A program made the position numbers and the translations under genes. Below, in pieces: positions 1-9,159 of a stretch of DNA of 42,165 bases. Origin of the DNA: a virus; the IMG/VR virus record IMGVR_UViG_3300029116_000014, positions 1 to 42,165 of that record; one strand, given 5' to 3'. Under the pieces are notes generated by a model. That model ran no database searches, was not told the origin of the DNA, and saw only the letters and a program-made list of their open reading frames with translations. Positions within the stretch are counted from its first letter, which is position 1. Each line of letters opens with the position of its first letter.

Positions 1-1435
1 TATCGGTCAGTCGTTTATGGCAATCTGGACGAACGGAACCGGACTTGAAACGCTGAACAATATTCAACTGCTGCTGCAAACCATCTTTAACCTGATTACC
101 GCCATTGCAACGGCGTTTACCAATGCGTGGAACACGAACAACACGGGCGAACAGATGTTGCAAGCAATTATGAACTTGCTGAACACGATCATTCAGATTA
201 TCACATCTATTGGTCAGGCGTTCATTGCAGCATGGAACGATGGTAACGCGGGACAAATCATGCTGCAGGCTATCATGACAGCGATTACGAATGTTGTTAG
301 CTTTGTAAATTCCATCGGCCAGGCGTTCATTGTTGCTTGGAATCAAGCTGGTTTGGGCGAAAGCATTATGGGACACATCATTTCCATCATCACGAACATT
401 GTAAACGCAATCGGCAATATCGCACAGAGATTGCAAGAGGCGTGGGAGAAAAACAACACCGGAGTTGCAATTTGGACAGCAATTCTCGGAATTGTAGATT
501 CCGTCCTTGGTTTTGTTGACAGAATCGCACAAGCCACGGCAAATTGGGCAGCACAGTTGAATTTCAGCCCGTTACTGGAATCCATCAAGACATTGCTCGA
601 AGGCGTTAAAAACCTTACAGATACATTGGGAGAAGCACTCGGAGAGATATACCAAGATATTATCCTTCCTCTCCTGACGTGGGTTATCCAAACGGGTCTG
701 CCAAGTGTTATAACTCTTCTCGGCTCTCTGGCAAACTTTATTGCGAACAACAAAGTCTTGGTAAAAAGCTTAATTGAAACTGTAACGCTTTTTGTCGCCG
801 CGTGGAAACTTACTGGCATTATTGCGGCTGTTGCAAAGCTGGTATCTACGATCAACCCGTTGGCTGCTGCTCTTGGTCTTGTGGTTACGTTGACGCTTGC
901 TGTTATGAATGCTTGGAGCAACCTTACCACCCTTGAGCGTGTTACAACAATTATCTATGGTGTTGTTGCTGCGGTAGCCGCTTTGGCGGTCGCTCTTGGT
1001 GCGGTCACGGGTCCAGCGGGAGCGATTGCGGCGGCGGCTTCGATTGCCGTCGGCATAGGCATGGTAGCCCTAAATACCAGTAAAGCGAACAAACGTTCTT
1101 CCTCCGGTACGCGTGCTTATAGCGGGGACTTTTCACGTCCAGTTGCATTTTCTCTGGATTCGGTTCCGCACCTTGCGAACGGCGCAGTTATCAGCCCGAA
1201 CAGCGAATTTCTCGCTCTGCTGGGCGATCAGAAAAGCGGCGTGAACGTGGAAACCCCGCTGTCTACCATGATTGATGCGTTTAACGCGGCACTGGATGCA
1301 CGCGGCGGCACCGGCAACAGCGGTCAGCCTATCGAGCTTTACATCGACGGCGCGAAGTTTGCCCGCATTACCGGCCCGTACAACAGCGGCGAAACGCGGC
1401 GGCGCGGCGTAAGTCTTGTAACAGGAGGTGCATAA
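1..1435 (+). CDS. Tape measure protein, C-terminal part (continues from 40718..42078 across the circular junction)
   Basis: The frame is open from base 2 (codon phase 2,5,8...) to TAA at 1433-1435. It is in the same phase as the ORF that opens at ATG 40718 once 42079-42165 is overlaid on 1-87. The joined ORF is 2796 nt (931 aa). It has about four tandem ~37-aa repeats (AWNxxNxG...IGQAF), a hydrophobic segment, and lies directly upstream of the tail tip genes. Confidence 0.85.
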   Translation, partial: IGQSFMAIWTNGTGLETLNNIQLLLQTIFNLITAIATAFTNAWNTNNTGEQMLQAIMNLLNTIIQIITSIGQAFIAAWNDGNAGQIMLQAIMTAITNVVSFVNSIGQAFIVAWNQAGLGESIMGHIISIITNIVNAIGNIAQRLQEAWEKNNTGVAIWTAILGIVDSVLGFVDRIAQATANWAAQLNFSPLLESIKTLLEGVKNLTDTLGEALGEIYQDIILPLLTWVIQTGLPSVITLLGSLANFIANNKVLVKSLIETVTLFVAAWKLTGIIAAVAKLVSTINPLAAALGLVVTLTLAVMNAWSNLTTLERVTTIIYGVVAAVAALAVALGAVTGPAGAIAAAASIAVGIGMVALNTSKANKRSSSGTRAYSGDFSRPVAFSLDSVPHLANGAVISPNSEFLALLGDQKSGVNVETPLSTMIDAFNAALDARGGTGNSGQPIELYIDGAKFARITGPYNSGETRRRGVSLVTGGA

Positions 1436-1813
1436 ATGGAACTTACCGTAGACGGAAAGAAGTACAACGTCCTTGTTACAAGCCTTACCCGTAAATTTCA
1501 GGTGCTTGACGGCAAGAACGCAGAGCGAACGCTCAGCGGCGCAATGATTCGCGACATTATCGGTACGTTTTACAACTACGAGATTACGATTCTTCCCGCA
1601 GTTGGCAAGTACGGCGACTACGATGCGCTGTACGAGGTTCTGAGTGCACCGCAGGACAGTCACAGAATTGTTGTTCCGTATGCACAGAGCACGCTTACGT
1701 TTAACGCATATGTTACCGCCGGACAAGACAATCTCATTCGCAAGAAACCCGGAGAAGCATACTGGACGGGGCTTTCCGTTCAGTTTATCGCGATGGCACC
1801 GCAGAGGACTTAA
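1436..1813 (+). CDS. Small tail component in the distal-tail-protein position (function uncertain)
   Basis: The ATG abuts the TMP stop (TAAATG) and a GGAGGTG SD lies upstream. The 125-aa ORF sits between the TMP and the tail tip protein. It is too short for a canonical Dit. Confidence 0.55.
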   Translation: MELTVDGKKYNVLVTSLTRKFQVLDGKNAERTLSGAMIRDIIGTFYNYEITILPAVGKYGDYDALYEVLSAPQDSHRIVVPYAQSTLTFNAYVTAGQDNLIRKKPGEAYWTGLSVQFIAMAPQRT

Positions 1814-1816
1814 GAC

Positions 1817-4078
1817 ATGGGAACAAACAAAATTATTTATCTGGACAGGGAGTTTACTGCAACAGATGTAACGGCCGGGAACGTGTATCAATCGCGTTCC
1901 CCGGTCGCATCGTCACAGGAAGTTGATACATTCAATTTTGACATCAGCAGCGACGATACAAGCCTAACCGATTTCATCCGCAACACGCCTCTGACATTCT
2001 TCCATGACGATGAACAGATGGGCATTTTCTACGTGCAGAAAATCAGCCGAACGTCCATCAACACCTATCATTTCGCCTGCACGTCTACCGTCGGTCTGCT
2101 TGACGAGACCTACCATGACGGCGGCATTTACACAGGTGAAACCGTAAAAGAGGTTTGCGAGGACATTTGCAGTCCGCTGACGGTTTATACCAAAACGAAC
2201 TTGCAGAACATCAAGCTCTACGGTTGGCTTCCCATCGCAACGCGGCGTGAAAACCTCACGCAGGTGCTTTTCGCGATTGGCGCAACGTTCAAGGTTGACT
2301 TTGACGGTGCAATTCGCATTGAAGGTCTGTGGAGCGGCGAGGCAAGCGCAATCGACGCAAGCGAAATCTACGCAAGCGGTACGGTTGATTACGCAACGCC
2401 TGTTACCGAGGTAATCGTAACCGAACACGCCTATTCGCAGAGCGCAACGGAAACGACAGAGCTTTTCAAGGGCACAACGTCAGCAGGCGACAAAATCACC
2501 TTCGACGAACCGTGCTACGACCTCTCGGCATCTGGCTTTTCCATTCTTGCAAGCGGTGCAAATTGGGCAACGGTTTCGGCAGGTTCGGGCGCGCTGACGG
2601 GCAAGAAGTACACGCACGTTACCCGGCAGGTAATGCAGCAGATTAAACCGAAAACACGCGAACTCGTTACGCAGTCCGACAATACGGTTAAGGTAGAGAA
2701 CGCAACGCTCGTATCTCTCGTAAATGCAACGGCAGTCGCAGAACGCCTTGCCGAGTATTACAGCCACAACGAACGTATCAATTACAAAATCGCGGTTAAA
2801 CGTGAAACCCCCGGTGATGTAGTGAAGATTGCGCATCCTTACGGCGGTACAGTCTCCGGCTGCATTGAAAGTGCGGATATTACGGTGTCCGGTAAACTTG
2901 CAGCAGAGGAAAGCGTGCTGATTGATTATTTCCCGCCGGATATTGGTGTGCAGGAATATTACGACACGGTCGAAGTTCTGACCAAAGATGGAACGTGGGC
3001 TGTGCCGGAGAATGTGACGAGTATTCGTGTAGTGCTGATTGGGGGAGGGTGCGGAGGAAATCCGGGAAACAAGGGCGGTGAATGTACCGAATATGCAGGC
3101 AATTATAGCCTGACGCATACGACGCTTACCGATTACACCGAATATCAGGAAGGCTACGGCCTGTATTACGGAGGAGAGGGCGGCGACGGCGGTCAGGGCG
3201 GTCTGGGTGGCAAAATCATGCAGGCGACGCTCGATGTATCCGAAGGAGACGTGTTTAACGTTGCAATCGGCAAGGGCGGAACGGGTAAAGTTTTCGGCGC
3301 GAATGACGATAGCCATAACGGCGGCGCAACCACGTTCGGCACATTCACATCCGCTGACGGCTCGCCAAACCCATACGGCTATGTTGATACTATTAACGGC
3401 ACGGTCTATGGCGGAACGGGTGGGCAAGGCTTAAAGGGCGGAAAAGGCGGCGGCGCGACACGTGACGCTGACTGGCCACAAATTACGTATTCTCCCGGCG
3501 ACTCGTTTGGAGATAATCAACCGGGCGCGAATGGCGAAGAAAGCACCGAATACGGTAGTTTTTTGGTGCATGACAGCAGTGTCGAGCACGAAAAGGTGTG
3601 GGCGGTTGGTATCGGTGAAGCAGGCGGCGGCGCAGGCGGCGGCGCGGCTTATGGAGCTAATGGCGGAGACGGCAGTAACGGCAGTGCATATGCCCGCGGC
3701 AGTGCGTCATCTATTCACGCACGTGCATATGCAGGCAAAGGCGGCACAGGCGCAACCCCGCTTCCGCCTGCTGCGCAAACGCAAATCGGCTATGGCGGCA
3801 TAGGCGGCAACGGTGGCGGTGGCGCAGGTTCGGCAGGTTACGCTATTGGTAGCCGCCGCGTTCCTAAAAAATACGCATATTCTGGCACGTGGGATGTTTA
3901 CGGAAACGATAACAAATCGAAAAACGGAGAGGGCGGCAACGGCTCCAACGGCGGCGACGGTGCACCCGGCTGCGTGCTCATCTATTACCGTGTATACCGT
4001 GCAAGCTCTGCCGGACGGTTTGTCACCCGTGACGGCAAAGGCTTTAATGAGAAATTCACAAGAAAGGTGGTTGTGTAA
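1817..4078 (+). CDS. Tail tip protein (Tal-like N-terminal half) with a glycine-rich C-terminal half
   Basis: 753-aa ORF after the TMP. The N-terminal ~380 aa resemble gp27-like/Tal tail tip proteins. The C-terminal half is packed with Gly runs (VVLIGGGCGGNPGNKGG, YGGEGGDGGQGGLGG, GEAGGGAGGGAAYGANGGDGSNGS, GYGGIGGNGGGGAGSAGY, NGEGGNGSNGGDGAPGCVLIYY). Confidence 0.75.
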   Translation: MGTNKIIYLDREFTATDVTAGNVYQSRSPVASSQEVDTFNFDISSDDTSLTDFIRNTPLTFFHDDEQMGIFYVQKISRTSINTYHFACTSTVGLLDETYHDGGIYTGETVKEVCEDICSPLTVYTKTNLQNIKLYGWLPIATRRENLTQVLFAIGATFKVDFDGAIRIEGLWSGEASAIDASEIYASGTVDYATPVTEVIVTEHAYSQSATETTELFKGTTSAGDKITFDEPCYDLSASGFSILASGANWATVSAGSGALTGKKYTHVTRQVMQQIKPKTRELVTQSDNTVKVENATLVSLVNATAVAERLAEYYSHNERINYKIAVKRETPGDVVKIAHPYGGTVSGCIESADITVSGKLAAEESVLIDYFPPDIGVQEYYDTVEVLTKDGTWAVPENVTSIRVVLIGGGCGGNPGNKGGECTEYAGNYSLTHTTLTDYTEYQEGYGLYYGGEGGDGGQGGLGGKIMQATLDVSEGDVFNVAIGKGGTGKVFGANDDSHNGGATTFGTFTSADGSPNPYGYVDTINGTVYGGTGGQGLKGGKGGGATRDADWPQITYSPGDSFGDNQPGANGEESTEYGSFLVHDSSVEHEKVWAVGIGEAGGGAGGGAAYGANGGDGSNGSAYARGSASSIHARAYAGKGGTGATPLPPAAQTQIGYGGIGGNGGGGAGSAGYAIGSRRVPKKYAYSGTWDVYGNDNKSKNGEGGNGSNGGDGAPGCVLIYYRVYRASSAGRFVTRDGKGFNEKFTRKVVV

Positions 4079-5097
4079 TGCCTGATACTTATACATCACA
4101 GTTTAGCGGCGAAGAAATTGACTCTGCGCTGAGAGCTGCACATATTATCTCCGGTGCAGATACGCCCGCTGCGCTGCGTGAGAAATTGGAGATTTACGGC
4201 AGTAATACGGCGTTATCCCCTACCGACCCCACCACAGTAGAAACCGCCCTGAAATACCGCACAAACCCCAATCTGCTCGATAACTGGTACTTCGGCAGAC
4301 CGGTGAACCAGAGAGGGCAGGTGGAGTATACGGGGGAATGGAAGTACACCATTGACAGGTGGGAGATTTCGGAAGGGACACTGACTGTGAATGATGGCTC
4401 TATTTCTCATAGTAACGGTTATTTACTCCAGCCGTTTTCGGATGAGTTCTCGGCCTTACTTAAAGAAAAACTTATAACTCTGAGTTTTCTTTATGCAAAT
4501 GGTTCTTTAGAGTCAGCATCAGCCACCATACCGTCCACGTGGGGGACTTGGGAAGGAATAATCGATCATGAGTCTATTCACCTCATTGGTATCAACAATG
4601 GCAACAGGCTATGGGTAACGAATACGGGCAATACTCCCCTCCTCGCCGCCAAGCTCGAACTCGGCTCCACCCAGACCCTTGCACACAAAGAGGGTGACAA
4701 GTGGGTGCTAAATGAAATCCCTGACTTCGGGGAGCAGCTGAGAAGGTGCACGTACTATGCAGAAAAAATAGAAGATGGAAATACGCCTGTTATTACGAAT
4801 GCTACATTTATTCCAGCTGGTGCTACGAGCGCAACATTTGTTCTGCCATACGAAAGAAAACGTACACCTCCGTCAATCCGCTTTAACGATGTGAGTAACT
4901 ATCGAGTTGTTGTCCGCTCCATGTCTGGAAACACAAGTGCTTTCGGTATATCAAACATATCGATTCTTGACGTTGGCACAACTAAAGCGGCCGTGCTTGT
5001 AACTTTTAGTAGTGCTACATCACAAGATTGGTATGGCTTTTTACAGAGGTCTGATAATACAACTGGCGGATACGCCTTTATTTCCGCCGACCTGTAA
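4078..5097 (+). CDS. Tail fibre / receptor-binding protein
   Basis: The start overlaps the preceding stop (TAATG). The N-terminus YTSQFSGEEIDSAL and the internal KLELGSTQTLAHKEGDKW...PDFGEQLRRCTYY motif are typical of Firmicute phage fibre proteins. Base composition is mosaic. Confidence 0.7.
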   Translation: MPDTYTSQFSGEEIDSALRAAHIISGADTPAALREKLEIYGSNTALSPTDPTTVETALKYRTNPNLLDNWYFGRPVNQRGQVEYTGEWKYTIDRWEISEGTLTVNDGSISHSNGYLLQPFSDEFSALLKEKLITLSFLYANGSLESASATIPSTWGTWEGIIDHESIHLIGINNGNRLWVTNTGNTPLLAAKLELGSTQTLAHKEGDKWVLNEIPDFGEQLRRCTYYAEKIEDGNTPVITNATFIPAGATSATFVLPYERKRTPPSIRFNDVSNYRVVVRSMSGNTSAFGISNISILDVGTTKAAVLVTFSSATSQDWYGFLQRSDNTTGGYAFISADL

Positions 5098-5109
5098 GGA
5101 GGTGACACC

Positions 5110-5466
5110 ATGCAAACCCCAAAATCCCGTGTATACGTCCTCTGCGACAGTGAAAGCCGTGTTTTGCGGCTCGAAGGAGAGTATTCCCTCCCAGCAAACC
5201 TCGACGGATGGACGAAAATTGATGAAGGCTATGGCGATAGATTTTCGCTCGCGCAGAGCCATTATCTCGATAAGCCGCTCTACGACGGCGCGGTTCTGCG
5301 CTATAAGCTCGTAGACGGCAAGGTCGTAGAGCGCACTGCCGAGGAAATCGAGGCAGATAAGGCGGCGTTACCTAAACCCGAGCCAACCGCAGAGGACGAC
5401 ACAAACGCTATGATGGTAGACCACGAATACAGGTTAACCCTGCTTGAACTGGGTCTCAACGAATGA
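5110..5466 (+). CDS. XkdW-like hypothetical protein (tail fibre accessory position)
   Basis: 118-aa ORF with a GGAGGTG SD, lying between the fibre gene and the XkdX-like gene as in PBSX-type clusters. Confidence 0.5.
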   Translation: MQTPKSRVYVLCDSESRVLRLEGEYSLPANLDGWTKIDEGYGDRFSLAQSHYLDKPLYDGAVLRYKLVDGKVVERTAEEIEADKAALPKPEPTAEDDTNAMMVDHEYRLTLLELGLNE

Positions 5467-5480
5467 AAGGAGCAAACACA

Positions 5481-5624
5481 ATGTTATTTCGTACTTTGAA
5501 GCGCATGATCGAGAAGAACCAGACCGACGGCCTTGCAGACAAGATCGACATCTTTTTTGCAGCAGGCAAGCTCACCGAAAGCGAGTGGAACACGCTGACC
5601 GAAATGCTCAAGCAGGAGGCGTAA
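5481..5624 (+). CDS. XkdX family small phage protein
   Basis: 47 aa: MLFRTLKRMIEKNQTDGLADKIDIFFAAGKLTESEWNTLTEMLKQEA. An AAAGGAG SD lies upstream. It matches the recalled XkdX pattern (..IDxFxAAGKLTxxEY..). It is below the ORF-track length cutoff. Confidence 0.75.
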   Translation: MLFRTLKRMIEKNQTDGLADKIDIFFAAGKLTESEWNTLTEMLKQEA

Positions 5625-5625
5625 C

Positions 5626-5799
5626 ATGAAGGGCGCAGAAAACACCGCTGCACCGAACATGATCGTCGATGAGTTTTTTCCGAAGCATATCAGACAGCGT
5701 GAGGACTTTGCAGAAATCCGCGAGGCGGTGCGCAAATACAGGATTACGGAGCTGTATCTCACGCAGAAGTACAACAGAAAGAGAGAAAAGCATGGATAA
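5626..5799 (+). CDS. Hypothetical small protein (57 aa)
   Basis: The ATG is 1 nt after the XkdX stop. The stop overlaps the holin start (ATGGATAA). Translational coupling on both sides supports it as a gene. No TM segment. Confidence 0.45.
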   Translation: MKGAENTAAPNMIVDEFFPKHIRQREDFAEIREAVRKYRITELYLTQKYNRKREKHG

Positions 5800-6250
5800 T
5801 GTAAACAATTTTAAGGCGGCTGTTACCGCTTGTATTGCCGTCCTTACCGCCCTGTGGGGGTGGTTCGGCTGGCTTGTGGTGCTGTTTGTTGTCGCAATGG
5901 CGGCGGACTACCTGACGGGCACGGCGGCGGCAATGCAGGCGGGTGCATGGAACAAAAAGATTGCATGGAAGGGCATTACGCGCAAGGTTGCACAGATTGC
6001 TATTGTAGCGGTTGCAGGCGGTGCAGATTTGCTTGTCGGAATGATTATGGGACATCTGCCCATGGTTACACTGCCGTTTGAATATACTGTGCTGTTCTGC
6101 CCCCTCGTTGTCGTGTGGTACACGCTAACGGAACTCGGCAGTATCGTTGAAAACGCGGTTTCCCTCGGTGCACCTGTCCCGGCGTGGCTGCAAAAGGCAC
6201 TTTCCGCCGCAAAGGACGCGGTGGACAAAATCGGAGATGAGGAAAAATGA
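5792..6250 (+). CDS. Holin (multi-TM, phage_holin_4/TcdE-like)
   Basis: Internal ATG of ORF 5669..6250 (MDNVNNFKAAVTAC...). 152 aa with 3-4 hydrophobic helices and a charged C-terminal tail. It lies immediately upstream of the endolysin and overlaps it (ATGA). Confidence 0.8.
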   Translation: MDNVNNFKAAVTACIAVLTALWGWFGWLVVLFVVAMAADYLTGTAAAMQAGAWNKKIAWKGITRKVAQIAIVAVAGGADLLVGMIMGHLPMVTLPFEYTVLFCPLVVVWYTLTELGSIVENAVSLGAPVPAWLQKALSAAKDAVDKIGDEEK

Positions 6251-6978
6251 AAATCACTTTTAAGGGCTGCAACCCGAGTAACTACCACAAGGGCAGAGAG
6301 TTTCCCGTGCACTGGATTGTTCTGCATTTTACCGCGAACAACGGCGATACGGCAAAGAACAACGCGGATTACTTCGCGAACAACGCTAATCTGCGGGCAA
6401 GCGCACACTACTTTGTAGACCCGAACGAGATTTACCAGAGCGTAAAGGACACGGACACGGCATGGCATTGCGGCAGGGAGCGCGGCGGCAGTTACTACAA
6501 CGACTGCCGCAACGCTAATTCCATCGGCATTGAGATGTGCAGCGTTATCCGCAACGGCGTGTATGTTATCCCGGACGAAACGGTACGGAACGCGGCGGAG
6601 CTTGTACGGTATCTGATGGCGCGTCATCACGTGCCGGTCAGCCGGATTTGTCGGCATTACGATGTGACGCACAAGGAATGCCCCGAACCGTGGGTGCGCA
6701 ACCCCAATCAGTGGGAAAACTTTAAGAAAATGCTTACAGAGAAAGAGGTTGAGGACATGACCGAACAGCAGACGCGTGCAATCGCACAGCAGGAAATCAA
6801 GAAAGCAAACGCAAAGGTTTATGACCGCGTGCAGGACTGCCCGGAGTGGGCGAAGGACACGGTGCAGCGGCTTGTGAACAAGGGCTTTTTGCAGGGCGAC
6901 GAGAACGGCAAGCTGGGTCTCACTGAAGAGTTGATGCGCGTGCTGGTTATCAATGACCGTGCACATCTGTACGGTTAA
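6247..6978 (+). CDS. Endolysin, N-acetylmuramoyl-L-alanine amidase (Amidase_2/PGRP type) with a C-terminal putative wall-binding module
   Basis: Motifs seen: HWIVLHFTA, SAHYFVD, TAWHCG, NSIGIEMC, RHYDVTHKECP. The C-terminal PEWAKDTVQRLVNKGFLQGDENGKL module resembles cell-wall-binding repeats. Confidence 0.9.
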   Translation: MKITFKGCNPSNYHKGREFPVHWIVLHFTANNGDTAKNNADYFANNANLRASAHYFVDPNEIYQSVKDTDTAWHCGRERGGSYYNDCRNANSIGIEMCSVIRNGVYVIPDETVRNAAELVRYLMARHHVPVSRICRHYDVTHKECPEPWVRNPNQWENFKKMLTEKEVEDMTEQQTRAIAQQEIKKANAKVYDRVQDCPEWAKDTVQRLVNKGFLQGDENGKLGLTEELMRVLVINDRAHLYG

Positions 6979-7033
6979 ACCGGATTAAGCGGGGTAAGAT
7001 ATGGCGGTGACACTCTGACAAAGGGGCGCCGCT

Positions 7034-7237
7034 ATGAACCTAAAAAAAGATTTGACAAAGGCGGAGTGCGTTAAACTCCGCGAGGAATGCAATTTTACAG
7101 ACGAGGAACGCGCTGTTTTTGACCTGCGGGTCGCGGCGCGTTCTGTCGTTGAAATCTCAATGAGCCTGCACCTGAGCGAAGCAACGGTTTACAGGCGGCT
7201 CAGGAACATCAAGCGCAAAATCGTGAAAGTTTTATGA
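7034..7237 (+). CDS. Small sigma-70 region-4-like HTH regulator
   Basis: 67 aa with LTKAECVKLREECNFTDEERAVFDLRVAARSVVEISMSLHLSEATVYRRLRNIKRKI, a pattern typical of sigma region 4 / LuxR-like HTH proteins. Confidence 0.65.
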   Translation: MNLKKDLTKAECVKLREECNFTDEERAVFDLRVAARSVVEISMSLHLSEATVYRRLRNIKRKIVKVL

Positions 7238-7290
7238 CAGGTTTATACCCTCTCTGCGACGTATAATATAAGCACAGGGAGGGATAAATC

Positions 7291-7641
7291 ATGGCATATC
7301 AGCAGTTTTATCCACAGTATCAACAGCAATATCCACAACAGGCAGCGCAGCAGCCGCAGTACCCACAACATATAGTGCGTCCCGTGGCGAGTATCGAGGA
7401 GGCACGGGCGGTGCAGACGGATTTCTCCGGTGCGCTGACCATCATGCCAGACTTATCGCACGGCTACATTTACACCAAGCAGCTTAATCTGCAAACCGGA
7501 TGCGCGGATTTCGCGGCGTACAGCCGCGTGCAGGACGCGCCGAAGGTGCAGACGGATTATGTAGCACGGGGCGAATTTGACGAGCTTGCGCGGCGTTTTA
7601 ACGCGCTTTGTGACCAACTGGGAGGTGCAAAGAATGAATAA
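7291..7641 (+). CDS. Hypothetical protein with a Q/Y/P-rich N-terminus
   Basis: 116 aa with a GGGAGGG SD. The N-terminus is MAYQQFYPQYQQQYPQQAAQQPQYPQ, followed by a globular-looking domain. Confidence 0.6.
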   Translation: MAYQQFYPQYQQQYPQQAAQQPQYPQHIVRPVASIEEARAVQTDFSGALTIMPDLSHGYIYTKQLNLQTGCADFAAYSRVQDAPKVQTDYVARGEFDELARRFNALCDQLGGAKNE

Positions 7642-7858
7642 CCCGATGATGCAGGTTTTACAGCTGATGCGGAACGGCGGAAACCCTATGACGATGCTGA
7701 ACCAGATGACGGGGAATAATCCGATGGTCGGTCAGCTGATGCAGAGTATGCAGGGGAAAAGTCCGGATGCACTGCGGCAGATGGCGATGAACATCGCCAA
7801 AGAACGCGGCATTGACCTTAACCAGTTTGCGCAGCAGTTCGGTATGAATATCAAGTAA
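7634..7858 (+). CDS. Hypothetical M/N/Q-rich small protein
   Basis: Internal ATG of ORF 7577..7858, preceded by GGAGGTG and overlapping the upstream stop. 74 aa: MNNPMMQVLQLMRNGGNPMTMLNQMTGNNPMVGQLMQSMQ... Confidence 0.55.
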   Translation: MNNPMMQVLQLMRNGGNPMTMLNQMTGNNPMVGQLMQSMQGKSPDALRQMAMNIAKERGIDLNQFAQQFGMNIK

Positions 7859-7966
7859 ATAACTTCTTTTCAGTTTGGACGGGTCTTGACGAAAAACCGA
7901 CGTGATTTTGTCATGTTCGGAGTTCGCGCGGCTCCGTTCAAAATAAACTGAAAAGGAGATTTTCAA

Positions 7967-8716
7967 ATGGATAACGATTTTGCAACCGGGTACGCTCTTG
8001 GTTCTGATAACAACGGCGGCGGCAATGACGGCATGTGGGGCGGTAACGGCTCGTGGATTTTCGCGTTTCTGATCATCGCGCTGATCTTCGGCGGCAACGG
8101 CTGGGGCTTCGGCGGCAACAACGGCGCGGGCTATCAGGGCGCGGTAACGCGCAGCGACCTGTGCAGCGAGTTCAACTTCAACAACCTGTCTCGTTCCGTT
8201 CTCGGCATTCAGAACGGCCTGTGCGACGGCTTTTACAGCACGAACAACGGCATGCTCACCGGCTTCAACACGCTCGGCAGCGCGGTTTCTAACGGCTTCC
8301 ACGGCGTAGACAACGCGATTTGTCAGCTCGGCTACCAGACGGCACAGCTTGCAAACAACACGGTTCAGAACATGAACACCGGTTTTAACGGCGTGACCGC
8401 CGGTCTGACGGCACTCGGCACGCAGATGTCCGGCTGCTGCTGCGACACCCAGAGACAGATGGAACGCGGTTTCTGCGACATCAACTACAATGCCGCTACC
8501 AACGCACGCGACATTATCCAGACGGCGCACAACGACACCGACCGCATTATTGCGCGCCTTGACCAGATGGAGAACACCCGTCAGCAGGAGAAGATCGCGG
8601 CGCTTCAGAACGAGAATCAGGCCTTGAAGTTCGCAGCTTCGCAGGAGGCACAGAACAATTACCTTGTAAACGCTCTGCGTTTTTCCGGCTGCGGCTGCAA
8701 CGCTTGCGGCTGCTGA
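7967..8716 (+). CDS. G/N-rich membrane-anchored protein with a coiled coil and a Cys-rich C-terminus
   Basis: 249 aa with an AAAGGAG SD. Gly/Asn-rich N-terminus, one TM helix (WIFAFLIIALIF), an internal CCC, a coiled-coil segment (QQEKIAALQNENQALK), and a C-terminal GCGCNACGC. Confidence 0.65.
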   Translation: MDNDFATGYALGSDNNGGGNDGMWGGNGSWIFAFLIIALIFGGNGWGFGGNNGAGYQGAVTRSDLCSEFNFNNLSRSVLGIQNGLCDGFYSTNNGMLTGFNTLGSAVSNGFHGVDNAICQLGYQTAQLANNTVQNMNTGFNGVTAGLTALGTQMSGCCCDTQRQMERGFCDINYNAATNARDIIQTAHNDTDRIIARLDQMENTRQQEKIAALQNENQALKFAASQEAQNNYLVNALRFSGCGCNACGC

Positions 8717-8772
8717 GATACGATATTCAGGAGGGGGAGCAATCCCCCTGCCTTTGACAGGAGGGAATAGTT

Positions 8773-9159
8773 ATGGCTTGCAAGCCTGTACAGAAACTTT
8801 GTCCGAACCTGCGTATCTCACAGAGCGTGACCTACGCAAGCGGCGTACTGACGGTAAATATTCCGGCGGGAGATTACCAGAACGGCTGCGTATACGGTAT
8901 CGTCATCGCGCAGAACATTCCGTCAACAACGATCATCGGCGCGCCGGTGGTCATCACGATCGGCGACGGCACGGTAACGTATCCGCTCCTTAAATGCAAC
9001 GGCGCGGCGGCTACCGTGTTCAACCTTGACACGCGGCACAAGTACCTTTGCCGGGTGGTCACTTCGGCAACCGGCGGCAGTTTCCGAATGCTCGGAAATT
9101 CCTGCTGCTCGCACTCTGACGCGCTGCGCTCGATTAACGGAACGGCGGTGACAGTATGA
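8773..9159 (+). CDS. Hypothetical Cys-containing beta-rich protein
   Basis: 128 aa with a GGAGGG SD. MACKPVQKLCPNL... plus an internal CC. No family recognised. Confidence 0.55.
   Translation: MACKPVQKLCPNLRISQSVTYASGVLTVNIPAGDYQNGCVYGIVIAQNIPSTTIIGAPVVITIGDGTVTYPLLKCNGAAATVFNLDTRHKYLCRVVTSATGGSFRMLGNSCCSHSDALRSINGTAVTV

Noticed and set aside
5444-5629. ORF 5444..5629 (+, 61 aa) from the track
   Set aside because: It is a different frame from the hand-translated XkdX-family ORF (5481..5624). The XkdX ORF has an SD and a recognisable family pattern. The 61-aa frame is Arg/His-rich and lacks an SD.
5908-6966. 352-aa minus-strand ORF antisense to the holin and endolysin. Similar long antisense ORFs are 7658..8530, 8874..9743, 16810..17538, 21397..22272 and 33484..34296.
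   Set aside because: They are shadow ORFs opposite confidently assigned genes. They have no SD, and their composition is His/Arg/Cys/Val-rich, typical of antisense frames in GC-rich coding DNA.
7006-7013. GGTGACAC 8-mer upstream of gene 7034 as a fifth integrase arm site
   Set aside because: Only 8 of the 10 positions match. It is a single copy, and it lies about 3 kb from the att core. Most likely a chance occurrence.
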